A stretch of 64,000 nucleotides of DNA from Octopus bimaculoides (taxonomy: Eukaryota). The notes beneath the pieces were generated by a model. It saw nothing but the letters and a program-made list of their open reading frames with translations, was not told where the DNA came from and searched no databases. The stretch spans positions 1,280,070 through 1,344,069 of the forward strand of contig NC_068993.1 in the NCBI RefSeq assembly GCF_001194135.2, given 5' to 3'. This document shows positions 48,973 through 61,344 of the stretch, piece by piece (position 1 is the first letter of the stretch; every line of letters starts with the position of its first letter). A program made the position numbers and the translations under genes.

Positions 48973-50978
48973 GTAAATGTGAGTTGTGTTTTATTAGATA
49001 TTCAAAACAGGCCATTATATATTCGAGAGAATAAAGTCAGTTGTTCACTACAATAGCTTAATATTTTCTGAATAATATATCTGTCTTGATTAAATGGTAT
49101 GAACCAATTCTAATTAGTATGCTCATAGAAGAAGAGAATACGTCAACAGAATCTGGACACGAGCTAGTGACTCGCGGCAGTGAATTAATTCCGATTTTAT
49201 ACTAGAATTTTCAATTAAGTAAACAGGAAAAATGATAACAATAAGAATATTAAATCCAATAATTGCTATTCAAATATCAGGAAAAAAACATATTTGGTCA
49301 ATTGAAATGATTGTGACTAAATAATATTTATTAAAAATGCGTTCAAAGAGAATTATTAAAAGAGACAACATTTATGCATTCACTAATGGGACAATGGAAC
49401 CACAGAAAAATCTTTGTAACGAATTTAGAAAGAAAAGACTTGAAATATCAAACATTGGTGAACGGTGTGGTGGCGATGGTGGAGGGGGGAGTGCCAGCCT
49501 CGCAACCAATCACAGAAATATTTACATTAAAAAATTGGCATCGATATACGGAAACTAATTGCGTTTTTATCATTCTTTTTCTTGTTTTCCTTTTTTAAGT
49601 AAATTGTTGGTTTATTTTCGATTTTTTTTTTATTTCCTTTACGAATGTGAGTAAAATAAGAATTAGCAATGCTCATGCCTCTCTCAAAGGTGTTACTAGT
49701 AAAAGTAAAATAAAATATTTTCAACTAGGAATCGAACTGAAATTCAGCAGTTGACTCGGGCAGTCGTTCAATTAAAAAGTCTTAAATAAAGTTTGGGGAC
49801 AGAAAATATATTGATATTATTTGACTAAAGGCAAGCAATGAAATATGTTTAATTATATTATTTATTACATTTTAATTAGACGAACGATGTGTTCTACTGT
49901 AATAATTATGTCAAGAGTTGTACTGAATGTTGTGTAAAAAAAATATTAAAATTTGCCCATATGTACATGTAGTTATCCATCTGTGTGCGTATGTGTTTAG
50001 AACTAAAATTATTTATTCAGAAACTAATGTGGCCGTCCAACATCCGCATATTAAGATACAATGTTTCTTTAAATTTCAAAGCTAATTTAAAGTTTTTTGG
50101 CTCCCTATTTCTCCTAAATGAAATATCTTACCCAAGAATCTTTGCTGTTCGTAGGAAACTGTTCAATAAACGGTACAACCAACATGGCCGCCGATAAATA
50201 AAACAAGAATCCATTGAAAAAAAATTATTTCATTCTATCTCATTTCTCTTTTTCTCTCTGTGACTCTTGCCTATTGCCACAAAATGCACAGTTTAAACCA
50301 ACATTTATCTTAAATTTATAATAATAAAACAAAATAAAAAAAGCACGGCTTTATTGAATACGACTGTGAGAAGTTTTGTCTACAAGTCAAAATAAGAGTG
50401 ACAGCTTTGCATCAAGTGGTTTGAAACCAAACAAACACCACTTGACTAGTAACATCATTTCTCCTATTCAATCTGTATTCACACAAGTTTCACTAACGCT
50501 CGTCTAACCTAAAAACATTTCACACTTCTACAAAATGAACAATTTTTAAGGGTCGTTCGTTGACGGAAGATGATTATTGTTTTGGCAGGTAATAAAATCA
50601 GAATGACTTGCCAATTATTTTTCTTTCATTAGCTACAGCGCTATTCCTCTCCTTTCTGATAAATAACAATGAATAAGATTCCACTTCCTCAATACCACAT
50701 TTGTTTTGTTACTTTATAATCTGGAACATTTTTAGCAAAATAGCTTCACTTCCACTTTGACCAGTTTCTGCACTGGATGATGTCATTCACTCGTTCACTC
50801 TCTGTTTACAAAGCAACGATCATACACCGACACATAGACACACACACACACATAAACAAATATACAATCACATAAGGACTTAGACGCATAAATACGTATG
50901 CACACATAGAAATACACATATCTTTATATATGTGTGTGCATACATACATACATACATACATACATACATACATACATA

Positions 50979-51420
50979 CAGGCTGTCCCGAAGGTGTACA
51001 CACATACTGAATGATAATAAAAGCATTATTAAAATACATTCCATTTTCAAAATTCAATAGAATCTAAAGATAGAATTTGATTTTTTTATGAATGCCTCTT
51101 TTCAAATTGATGATCCTTCTAATCCAACCACTGTTGATAACACGAGACAATGGAATCACAGGCGTCAAAATTCCTTTAGTTCGGTACTTGTGCTCATTCT
51201 AGTCCAATGTCTGTCCTCAATTCGTTGATTGTTCCCGGTTTTGTACTGTAAACTTTATCTTTTACGTATCCCCACGAAAAAGTGTTGTGTGGCTAATCTT
51301 CAAAAACTTTTCGTCCTATCCACCTATTTGGCTTAGTATAGGAGTCCTCCATCTTGCTAGAAATAAAACTCCACGTCGTTAAAGTCCGCTTGAATGTTGA
51401 TCATGAAGATTGTTACAAGT
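50979..51420 (-). mobile_element. Decayed Tc1/mariner-superfamily transposon, 3' part (FQQDG...WGYxKxxVY type)
   Basis: Minus translation gives FYF*QDG, then WIGR, then FSWGYVKDKVYSTKPGTINELRTDI. The terminus caggctgtccc at 50979 follows TA and resembles CAGGGTGTCCC-type TIRs. Confidence 0.8.
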
Positions 51421-52126
51421 TCAAGTAAATGAGTTTAGTTACATTCGTCAGCCATACACTTAGTAGAGAGCTTAACGAGAGATCTTTTTGAGCTTTCGAA
51501 TCCTTATTAATNNNNNNNNNNNNNNNNNNNNNNNNNNNNNNNNNNNNNNNNNNNNNNNNNNNNNNNNNNNNNNNNNNNNNNNNNNNNNNNNNNNNNNNNN
51601 NNNNNNNNNNNNNNNNNNNNNNNATATATATATATATATACATATATCTTCATCGAGAATGGGTATGTATTTCTTGAATCTTTGAGAAATTGTTAAGGAA
51701 TGATATCATTTTAGATGTTGCGAAAGAAATGTGACTAAAGTTGCCTTAGTAAAATTGTGAAGAGGTTCAGCAGTAGGCGCCATTTTAAGTATTTGATGCA
51801 AAGGAGTCGTAATGATGTTGTGACATAACAGCATTTAAGGCCTCTATTTACGCTCCTTGCTTGATTTGATGTAAGATTGACCTAAGAAAAGGTTGTAGTA
51901 GTATTTGATCTTTGCAAATTGTGATTTCGCTGACATTAAACAATACTGAATACCATTCCAATATTATTGGCATCCTCATTTTTCATCACAAGAATCCATG
52001 CAAGACTTTAGCTATGTGTCTTTCATACACACATGCACCAGGAGGAATATAACAACGACTAGTATTATTTGCAAGTTTGCCTCCTCCTTATTTTACTTTT
52101 CGATATTCAGTTAATTACAGTTTCAG

Positions 52127-52254
52127 ATGATGGAAGAAGCGAGTGTCGTCTGCTCCATCGCCTACACCTAAAGCCAGCATCGTCTGCACCAACCAGTTCA
52201 CCGCCACCTCAAACAATCATTATGTGGTGTCTCTCCCAACCACTTACAGTTCTG
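52127..52254 (+). other. Candidate 128-nt exon
   Basis: Acceptor ...ttacagtttcAG and donor CTG|gtaaat. One frame is fully open (DGRSECRLLHRLHLKPASSAPTSSPPPQTIIMWCLSQPLTVL) and the segment is more GC-rich than its flanks. No family recognised. Confidence 0.3.
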
Positions 52255-52841
52255 GTAAATATGAAGCATACGATGGGAAGCAAGTCGAGCATATCTTAAA
52301 TAGCTCGTACATTAAAATTACGGCAGAAGAAGAGTCAAGAAATGACCTACCGATAAATCTTACAGATTAGTTCTACACTCTCGACATTACGGTGATTTGT
52401 ATTTTCTATTATCGCCTATCGTCTGTGTGTGTTTCTGACGTTAAGAATTACTCATATTTGTTAAAAGTTGATATGTTCGGCTTACAGAATTCAACCATTC
52501 CTGTCTCATGCCATTTATTCCGATTCTTTTGACCCATTACTATCAACTTTCATTTTACAATCACAACGGCTGTCATACAAACAATCCCTTTAAATATATC
52601 TATTTTCCTTTACCACCATCTTAACAGAATAGCTTTCTCAGTTGAAACTTCTCTCTCTCTCCTTCTCTCTCCTTCTCTCTCTCCCTCTCTCTCCTTCTCT
52701 TTCTCTCTCTCTCACTCTCACATGCGTACACACACACACGCACACACACTCACACATACACACACACATACACACACTGTCTTTCATTCAATATATCTCT
52801 ATTTATTCCGCTATCTAAACCTGAATATACATATCTGTCCA

Positions 52842-52891
<50 letters not shown>

Positions 52892-53435
52892 CTGTCTATC
52901 CATATATCTACCTATCTACCTATCTACCAATACATTTCTTTAACTAATTTCAGCTTTTTTTTTTGTCTCCGCCATTTTTTCCATTATTCTCCTTCTTTGT
53001 TAGACACACACGCACACACGCACACACGCCTTCGTAGACACACAAACATTCCCTCGTGCACTCCCGCACAATTATGCACACACACTCCACACTCTCCACG
53101 CTCTCCATGCGCGCGTGCGCAATCATATTCGAATACTCCCACACACAACCACATAGAAACACGCACACATACACTCACACATACGTACACACAATCTAAT
53201 GCATGCACACACATTCTCCTTTTTGCACTCTCACACCACACACACACACACACACACGTACGGAGTCATTTCTATCCTGTTATCATACCCTATTTTCTTG
53301 TATTTACTCAGTATTTTTACTTAGCAGATATGTCAGCAGGTATGAATCACTTATTTCTAATTTCCTGTCATTTCCAAACCGATTCATTTTCTTTTCTTTT
53401 ACCATATTATTGCCATCATCATCATCACCGTCATC

Positions 53436-53489
<54 letters not shown>

Positions 53490-53865
53490 CTTCATCATTG
53501 CGGTCGTCATTATGTGAATAAGGAAAATAAACCATGCCACAGACGACGGCTAAAATAAAATTAATTTCCACCGGCGATCAGATTATAAATCAAGTTATTA
53601 CACTGGCCATACGGAATATAATGTCGGCCATGTTGCCTGTAGTGGTCGGCCTTAACTGGTGGCTGTTTTCCTATTAACCACAGGTAGCAACCACTGAGGG
53701 GAAGAGAAGATAAGCTTTTTAAGAGGAAACATAATAACAAAAGAAAGAAACATTAGAGATACACCAGGAAATAATCCAGTTTTCTTTTTCGTTTGTTTCT
53801 TTTTGTTTTTTTTTTTCAGAGTCGAAGAGGAAAAGATACAAATTGGTAGCCAACCGCTTAGCCTC

Positions 53866-53904
<39 letters not shown>

Positions 53905-54120
53905 NNNNNNNNNNNNNNNNNNNNNNNNNNNNNNNNNNNNNNNNNNNNNNNNNNNNNNNNNNNNNNNNNNNNNNNNNNNNNNNNNNNNNNNNNNNNNNNN
54001 NNNNNNNNNNNNNNNNNNNNNNNNNNNNNNNNNNNNNNNNNNNNNNNNNNNNNNNNNNNNNNNNNNNNNNNNNNNNNNNNNNNNNNNNNNNNNNNNNNNN
54101 NNNNNNNNNNNNNNNNNNNN

Positions 54121-54155
<35 letters not shown>

Positions 54156-54159
<4 letters not shown>

Positions 54160-54235
54160 GCGCCGCCATTTTCAATCATTGACTTTTATTGAACCATGCA
54201 GTTCTGATGTTCAATATATATACACGCACACACTC

Positions 54236-54288
<53 letters not shown>

Positions 54289-54385
54289 GTGTGTGCGTGT
54301 GTGTATTTACCGCTGCCATTTTCAATCATTGTCTATTTGTGAAACATGCGGGTTTTGATGTACAATACATACACGCTCAAACACA
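54156..54385. repeat. Diverged direct duplication of a ~75-bp unit separated by (GT)n
   Basis: ttta.cgc.gccattttcaatcattg...a.catgc.g.t.tgatgt.caata.atacacgc occurs at ~54156-54232 and ~54305-54385. Confidence 0.85.
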
Positions 54386-54796
54386 CACACACACACACAC
54401 ACAATAGTTGAACCACCAATATGTACACAGCATATAGATTTAAACAGTGTTTTGTTGGTATCTGCACCTGGAATCATTGGTTGGTTACATCCTAAATTGA
54501 TCTCATTAATAATAAAACGGTGTTGCAATCACCTTCAGAACGTGAATTTATTGTTCGCAAGTGATAATGTTTATCCATTAGGTAAAATGAAAGTAATAGG
54601 CGGACTGTGTCGTGTTAATGAACCGAATAACCTGATCTTGTATAGAGGTGGGTCGATAAAAAAACATTAATGTGAACTTCATGTTAAGTGTGCGTTTCGT
54701 GTGATTGCTTTCGAAGCGGATAAGGTGGCCGTTACAGTCACCTTAGACAAACTGTTATGAGACATATTAAACAGTCATATATACTTACATTACATT

Positions 54797-54852
<56 letters not shown>

Positions 54853-54864
54853 NNNNNNNNNNNN

Positions 54865-54906
<42 letters not shown>

Positions 54907-54938
54907 CACATACATATATCAGGACATTGTGTTATTCA

Positions 54939-54972
<34 letters not shown>

Positions 54973-55337
54973 CAGATGTGTGTGTGTGAATGTATATATG
55001 TATATCGGTTATTTTGTTACGTAATGAAGCATGATTGTGTCATAATTCCTTTCATTAAGTCTCCACTGAACTGGAACCGTTTGTCTTCGCAATTCGTTCA
55101 ACAAACATTATGCTTCATTTATTTGTACTATTTCCATTCAATATGTTTCATTGCGGATAATGCGTATATATATATATATACNNNNNNNNNNNNNNNNNNN
55201 NNNNNNNNNNNNNNNNNNNNNNNNNNNNNNNNNNNNNNNNNNNNNNNNNNNNNNNNNNNNNNNNNNNNNNNNNNNNNNNNNNNNNNNNNNNNNNNNNNNN
55301 NNNNNNNNNNNNNNNNNNNNNNNNNNNNNNNNNNNNN

Positions 55338-55368
<31 letters not shown>

Positions 55369-55536
55369 AGGTTTGGAGGTGATGTACAGAAATTATATAG
55401 AAAAAAATTAAGGTACTCAGAAATCTGGATGCTTGTACATTTACAGATTTTTATTAATGTCACATATTAAATAAAGCGCTTTTCACCTAGTCGTGTAGGA
55501 TTTTCAAATTGTTTTAGGGTTTATACAAAACAAGGT

Positions 55537-55880
55537 ATAACTAATGGTCATTAGATATTTTTCTTTCTTGCAGTAGATTTGACTTACAGCTATTTCCAAT
55601 AATCATTATAGGTCATCATTGATAGGTTTGCTCAACTGGTCCAATGATCGGTCGAGAAAAATTGAACGACCTAAAAAGTTAATGCCACTGTCGTGAGGGT
55701 CATTTCTGATTATAACAAAGTAAAACATTAAAGAAGTGGTCAGTATTCAATTTTTCTTGACCGATCAATGGAACGATAGAGCAAACTTATCAATACCGAA
55801 CCTATAATGATTACTGGAAACAGCTGTAAGTCAAAATTTACTGCAATAAGTAAAAAAAATGTGTAATGACCATTATTTAT
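55537..55880. mobile_element. Fold-back MITE with ~130-bp terminal inverted repeats
   Basis: The left arm 55537-55671 (taatggtcatta...ttgacttacagct.tttcca.taatcattatagg...tgatcggtc.agaaaaattgaa) is the reverse complement of 55738-55880. A ~65-bp spacer separates them and there is no ORF. Confidence 0.85.
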
Positions 55881-56082
55881 GTCTTGTCTTGTATATCGCT
55901 CTGTGTAAAGACCAGTCTAACGGGAGCACAACCACGGATTTACAATATAGAACGGTAGTGGACTCGAACCCTGCCACAAGAACACGCGGAGTTCTTTAAT
56001 AATCTAAACAATTTTGTTAGCTTGATGGACTAACAGAGAGCTTATAAAGTACTTTGCCTGGATTGATAAACCCTTACTAATA

Positions 56083-56149
<67 letters not shown>

Positions 56150-56151
<2 letters not shown>

Positions 56152-56650
56152 TTGTGTGTGTAGATAAAGATATGGGTGGAATTAAACGGAAGGGTTTTCA
56201 AAGAAACAGAAACAGATTATTGGCCAGGAGAAGGGTCTTTAGACATTCAGACAGGGTTTCAGAGAGAAAAACTGAACAAGACTGTTTATAAGGTCCAGTT
56301 AAAGGGGCAAAGTTTCTCTCCTAGTTCAAAGAATCAGTGATTGTTGTGTTGCTTTATCAAATACCCACGGGTTCTTCCTTGGCTTTCGACCAAGATATTG
56401 GCTAACCCCCACACCCTCTTCATTTACAGACACTGATGTCTGGAGAATGACTTCTTTGTGAATAGAGTCAAGAATGGCAGTGGTTTGATATGAGGACCGT
56501 ACTCCTTAGTAGAATACATTTGGATCAGCTTGAGAGTTAAAAAGTCTTCTTGGAGAATATGAAAATTATTTTGGGAATTCAATATTGAAAGAAAACGGTA
56601 CCAAACTGCAGCTAGTGACTTCAGCGCCGGATGAATATAGAATTGAAAGG
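56150..56650 (-). mobile_element. Possible decayed Jockey-like LINE RT C-terminal fragment
   Basis: Minus translation LIQMYSTKEYGPHI...TQQSL.L*TRR loosely resembles l..lYk..vRP.lEY...L.sL..RR. Confidence 0.3.
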
Positions 56651-56814
56651 ATATAGACGAGTGAAATGTTGCATAGAAAATGGAGTTTGATATCATTCAA
56701 ACAAAGATGATTGATTCAGCCAAACAGTAAAAAGTATTTCATGGAGGGAAGAGAAACCGCGCGGTGGGGAGGCTTTGAATTCTTGAGAGATTCTACAATT
56801 GATAAGTTATTTCT

Positions 56815-56910
56815 GGTATTTAGCCCTAGGTCAGCCCTGATCCAGCAGACCTATTATCGAAGACGTTCCAGTCATACAGTATTTTATTAAGACATAGTGT
56901 ATCTAAGTGT
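56815..56910 (-). mobile_element. SINE-like family C 3' fragment
   Basis: tttagccctaggtcagccctgatc.agcagacctat.atc.aagacgttccag...taagacatagtgtatcta. Confidence 0.7.
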
Positions 56911-56964
56911 ACATTATCTGATGTATGATATAATAGTTAGCATTAGTGGCTAATACTAATTGTT

Positions 56965-57150
56965 GTTGTTACTGCTGTTGTTTAGATCCAGCTTCACTCT
57001 GATCGCGCAAAGCTATAATCAACGGTCTTCCAGCCATGACCATCCTGTTATTCTATAAATCTCAGAGTATATTGCTCACTGTGGCCTTCCTTTTATTTAA
57101 GGACGGAGTGGTGTAATTTGAGGTGGTTTGGCTCTTATGTCTAGCCGACA
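56965..57150 (-). mobile_element. SINE-like family C copy
   Basis: ttgttgtttag...ttccagccatgaccatcc...taaggacgg.gtggtgtaatttgagg...tttggct. Confidence 0.7.
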
Positions 57151-58131
57151 AAGCGAAGGTAAGTAATTTTCAGTCGTTATTCAAACACCACAAACTGATT
57201 TGGGNNNNNNNNNNNNNNNNNNNNNNNNNNNNNNNNNNNNNNNNNNNNNNNNNNNNNNNNNNNNNNNNNNNNNNNNNNNNNNNNNNNNNNGGGTGGGTGG
57301 GGGGTTATCATTCAAGCTATTATTAATCAAATTGTCTGTATTTTGACAAAGTGTTTAATACATTATATTGTTTAGCATGTGTATTCTACAGTCGTATATA
57401 TACCATACTGTATACACACATTTAAAAACACTATCATAGAATATTTTGTAATATACACACTGTTGAAGACATTATTATATAGACATTGTTAGACATACTA
57501 TTATAGAGACACGGTTAAAACAGATTAATCAACTACAGTTTCTGTGAGGAAGAAACATTCGTTGTTCTGTTTTTATTTTTTGTTTTTTTTTTTCTATTCT
57601 TTTTCAATCCATCCTTCTTCTTAGCCACTTGGAATTTGCTTTGTAATATGCAAATGTAACCACTTAAACACGCCCAACTCGATATGAATATATATTATTG
57701 ATAATTCAAGTATCTACAGCAAATGATTTTTATGTATAATTCTGAAGGGGGCGAATTTCGACACGCAGTAGTGTCACCTCATGAAACAATAGTAGCATAT
57801 ATTATTGCATAATAAGGCAGTATCCATGAAATCGAACTCAGATGAAACAATTGTAAATTGACGAAATAGGATTTACTCACTTCATTCTTTCTGTTAATAA
57901 CTGCAAAAACTCCGCGGATAATGACGATTTTCAACCATATGTTAGATAAAACAATCTCCAGAGTCCTGTCTGTTCGATAGCTGGGCATGTACACATGTAC
58001 ACACACACATGCACACACACACACGCGAACACACACACACATACATATATGCATGTATGCATATATATATATATTCATACATATATATGTATACGTACAT
58101 GTATATATAAATATATGAATATATATATATA

Positions 58132-58171
<40 letters not shown>

Positions 58172-58580
58172 NNNNNNNNNNNNNNNNNNNNNNNNNNNNN
58201 NNNNNNNNNNNNNNNNNNNNNNNNNNNNNNNNNNNNNNNNNNNNNNNNNNNNNNNNNNNNNNNNNNNNNNNNNNNNNNNNNNNNNNNNNNNNNNNNNNNN
58301 NNNNNNNNNNNNNNNNNNNNNNNNNNNNNNNNNNNNNNNNNNNNNNNNNNNNNNNNNNNNNNNNNNNNNNNNNNNNNNNNNNNNNNNNNNNNNNNNNNNN
58401 NNNNNNNNNNNNNNNNNNNNNNNNNNNNNNNNNNNNNNNNNNNNNNNNNNNNNNNNNNNNNNNNNNNNNNNNNNNNNNNNNNNNNNNNNNNNNNNNNNNN
58501 NNNNNNNNNNNNNNNNNNNNNNNNNNNNNNNNNNNNNNNNNNNNNNNNNNNNNNNNNNNNNNNNNNNNNNNNNNNNNNCG

Positions 58581-58644
58581 GTTCTACACACCTGACGAGT
58601 TAGGTTGGTTTGACTAGCCTACGAAGCTTCAAGCGGCATAGAGC
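58581..58644 (+). ncRNA. Candidate hammerhead ribozyme (type I-like), degenerate
   Basis: CTGACGA (58592-58598), helix II G-TAGGTT/AGCCTA-C, then GAA, palindromic helix III GCTT-C-AAGC, and distal helix I gttcta/tagagc. Non-canonical at G15.1-C16.1 and G17. Confidence 0.45.
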
Positions 58645-58864
58645 AGAAACAAATTGTTATTAAATATATGTAACTGCTACCATGTGTATTGAGAGCCACT
58701 TCCTTTCGTTTGTCTATGTGTGCACACATGTATATATAAATGTGCGTGCGTGTGTGCATAATCTGTTCAGCTGCGTCTTTTGCACCCAGACTGATTTTGG
58801 TATTTGCTCACGTTTGGTCTATTTTTATAATTTCTTTCATGTCCTGAATAAATTTTAGGAATAT

Positions 58865-59020
58865 TAATCGACCTCAGTACTTCACTGGTAATTTATATTA
58901 TCAACCCAAAAAAACTAAAAGGTAAAGTTGACATCGGAGGTGTGATTTGAACTCAGAAAGTAGCGGTACACATATAAACACCGCAGGCCATTTTGTCCGA
59001 CGCTCCAACGGCTGGCTACA
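58865..59020 (-). mobile_element. SINE family A copy
   Basis: atcgacctcagtacttcactggta...aaaggtaaagttgac.tcgg...atttgaactcagaa...cattttgtccgacgctc.aacg. Confidence 0.8.
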
Positions 59021-59137
59021 CCAATCCACCGTCGAAAAATTGAAACAAAAAAATCTTCAAAGTGATACTCAGCATACCCAATAGCTGAAATTATTTAAAA
59101 TACATACTCATATATCTTTATTAGGAGAGAGGCGGGT

Positions 59138-59185
59138 TGCTACACGTACGTTTCGGTTTTATTTAACCTTATCAGTAAAGTAGAG
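59138..59185 (-). ncRNA. Candidate minimal hammerhead ribozyme, degenerate, followed by AATAAA
   Basis: Minus strand: CTGATAA-GGTT-aaataa-AACC-GAA-ACGTACGT-G. Perfect 4-bp helix II and palindromic helix III, but G8A and G17 deviate from the core. AATAAA lies ~20 nt downstream. Confidence 0.45.
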
Positions 59186-59220
59186 ATTTCTTAAATCTGC
59201 TTCTATTAATGGATAGGCAA

Positions 59221-59274
<54 letters not shown>

Positions 59275-59402
59275 TACACAATGTAGTAGAGCGTGTATAT
59301 TAATTTGAAACTGAAGGTTCTTGGAGCGCTATACATATTACATATATATATAATATTCTATATATGCATGCATGTGTCTGTCTGTCTGTCTGTCTTTCTG
59401 TA

Positions 59403-59458
<56 letters not shown>

Positions 59459-59780
59459 CATACATATATACATACATATATATACGTATATATACATATA
59501 CATACATGTGTGTGTGTGTGTGTGTAATGATATCAGTCTGACGCAAAGAACTGACTCTAATTCGATCTTGTCACGTGCTGGTTACCTTCCCAACTTTTCA
59601 ACAGAAATAACTCTATCGTTAGATATTTGCTAAATCATCGCAATTGCTTATCGCCATCCTCTCAATATAACAACCGTCTCAAACACCAAATTACTTTACT
59701 CCACAGATTAGCTTCTCCGCCATTTTTTCTTTCACCCTCCCTTCACCCACACTCTTCCCTTTTCCCTTCCCAAACCTTCG

Positions 59781-59785
59781 GTAGT

Positions 59786-59842
<57 letters not shown>

Positions 59843-60002
59843 CACTTCTCTATAATTCTTCTAATTTCTCCCTTTCTGTGTCTCGGTTCGTTTTACTCTC
59901 TTTCTCTCACTCTGTCTCCCTCTCTTTCTCCGATACTTTTCGTTTTCTGTCTCCGTCTCTCTCTCTCCTCCACTTTGTGACTTCCCTGTTTTCTCTATCT
60001 CA

Positions 60003-60036
<34 letters not shown>

Positions 60037-60064
60037 GCGCTCTCTGTAACTTTCTTAACTCTCT

Positions 60065-60116
<52 letters not shown>

Positions 60117-60130
60117 TTCTTTCTCTTTGT
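59781..60130. repeat. (CT)n-rich polypyrimidine tract
   Basis: Seen directly. Confidence 0.92.
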
Positions 60131-60969
60131 CTTTCCCTCCTATCTTTCGTTCCTCTCTTGTTTTTCGGCCTTCAGGACATCTGATATTGGATTTTGACAG
60201 TGGTTAAAAATTGCAAGTCATCGTCGGCTTGCGTTTGCTTGATCACATTAAATCAATTGTTTACAGTGAAACAGCATCATCGTCTTCCGAAAGCGGTCCC
60301 GGGAGGCTTGGCTCCAGGCGAAATAAGAACAGCGAAATTGTAGCGCATTAATATTTCATTCGGTCGACTGACTACGCCTCTAATGCCTATACTTCCGCAA
60401 ACGAAATTATGTGCTGGCTGAGACCGTACATAAACAGAGTTCAGTGCGCGGACGGACAGAAATATTGAAATATTGTGCCGGTCTTCTGTCAAGAAATTGC
60501 ATTCAAATAGTTGGAAATATTAAAACTGAAGTGATAAACTGGTGAATATTGCTCAATATTCGGTTACGGTTGAGGTGTTTCTGGAAACTTCAGTTTAAAT
60601 TCTTCCTTAGGTATAGATACAATTTCTAAAAATATTGACTATAGAATAAACATAAAGATTGGCCGTTTATTGTATGCTTCTAGTTCGGTTCTGGTAAACA
60701 TGGAAGAATTCATATTTTTCGGTCTCAATTTGCTTAATATAATGTAAATTTTAGAGGGAAGTTAGTCATTTTACATTTACTGCCAGCTATATATGAAACA
60801 AGTTGAACTGTAAAGATAAAACTTTCACAATATGATGTTTACATTTGTTTAATAAAATTCTCCTGCATCCCCAAATTAATAAACAGCAACACATCACACT
60901 AATTGTATTTCCATTATTAAGCTAACAGCTACACCTTTGCTTCCATCAAGGCGCCAGACAGAGAACATA

Positions 60970-61152
60970 TATGTGGTCGCTAGAAATAACAACCAAAACT
61001 CTTTCGAATCGTACTTTATGAAATAGGAAAAGGGAAGGACACATTGGATAATGTAGTCCTATTTACACCTAACAAAGATGGGATGGTTATGGTTGGAATG
61101 TCTTTGATCTTAGATTTGTTCTATCAGGTTTACCCTGAGGCTAAACAATTAC
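60970..61152 (+). mobile_element. SINE-like family C, well-preserved copy
   Basis: gtggtcgctagaaataac.accaaa...ggaaggacacattggataatgtagtccta...gatgggatggttatggttggaatgtctttgatc...ccctgaggctaaacaa. Confidence 0.8.
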
Positions 61153-61344
61153 AACTCCCTTCATAAGATGCTAAATAAATATGTTTTTATCCGGAATAAA
61201 CTTCACACACCTTCCCTATATGGCACACACATCGACTAGAAAACATGCGAAAGTAAATTAAATTTTATTTCTTTGAGGTGGATATTAATTTCGGAAGAAT
61301 TAAATTGTATTTCATTTCATTCTGTTTATGCATTTTTTCAAAGT

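Noticed and set aside
49337-49558. 73-aa ORF with a GGDGGGG patch and a nearby CCAAT
   Set aside because: The Gly run comes from a short GGT/GGA repeat, and there is no homology or exon boundaries.
55950-56000. B-box-like GGTTCGAGTCC on the minus strand (possible tRNA)
   Set aside because: No cloverleaf or A-box could be built. At most a decayed SINE head.
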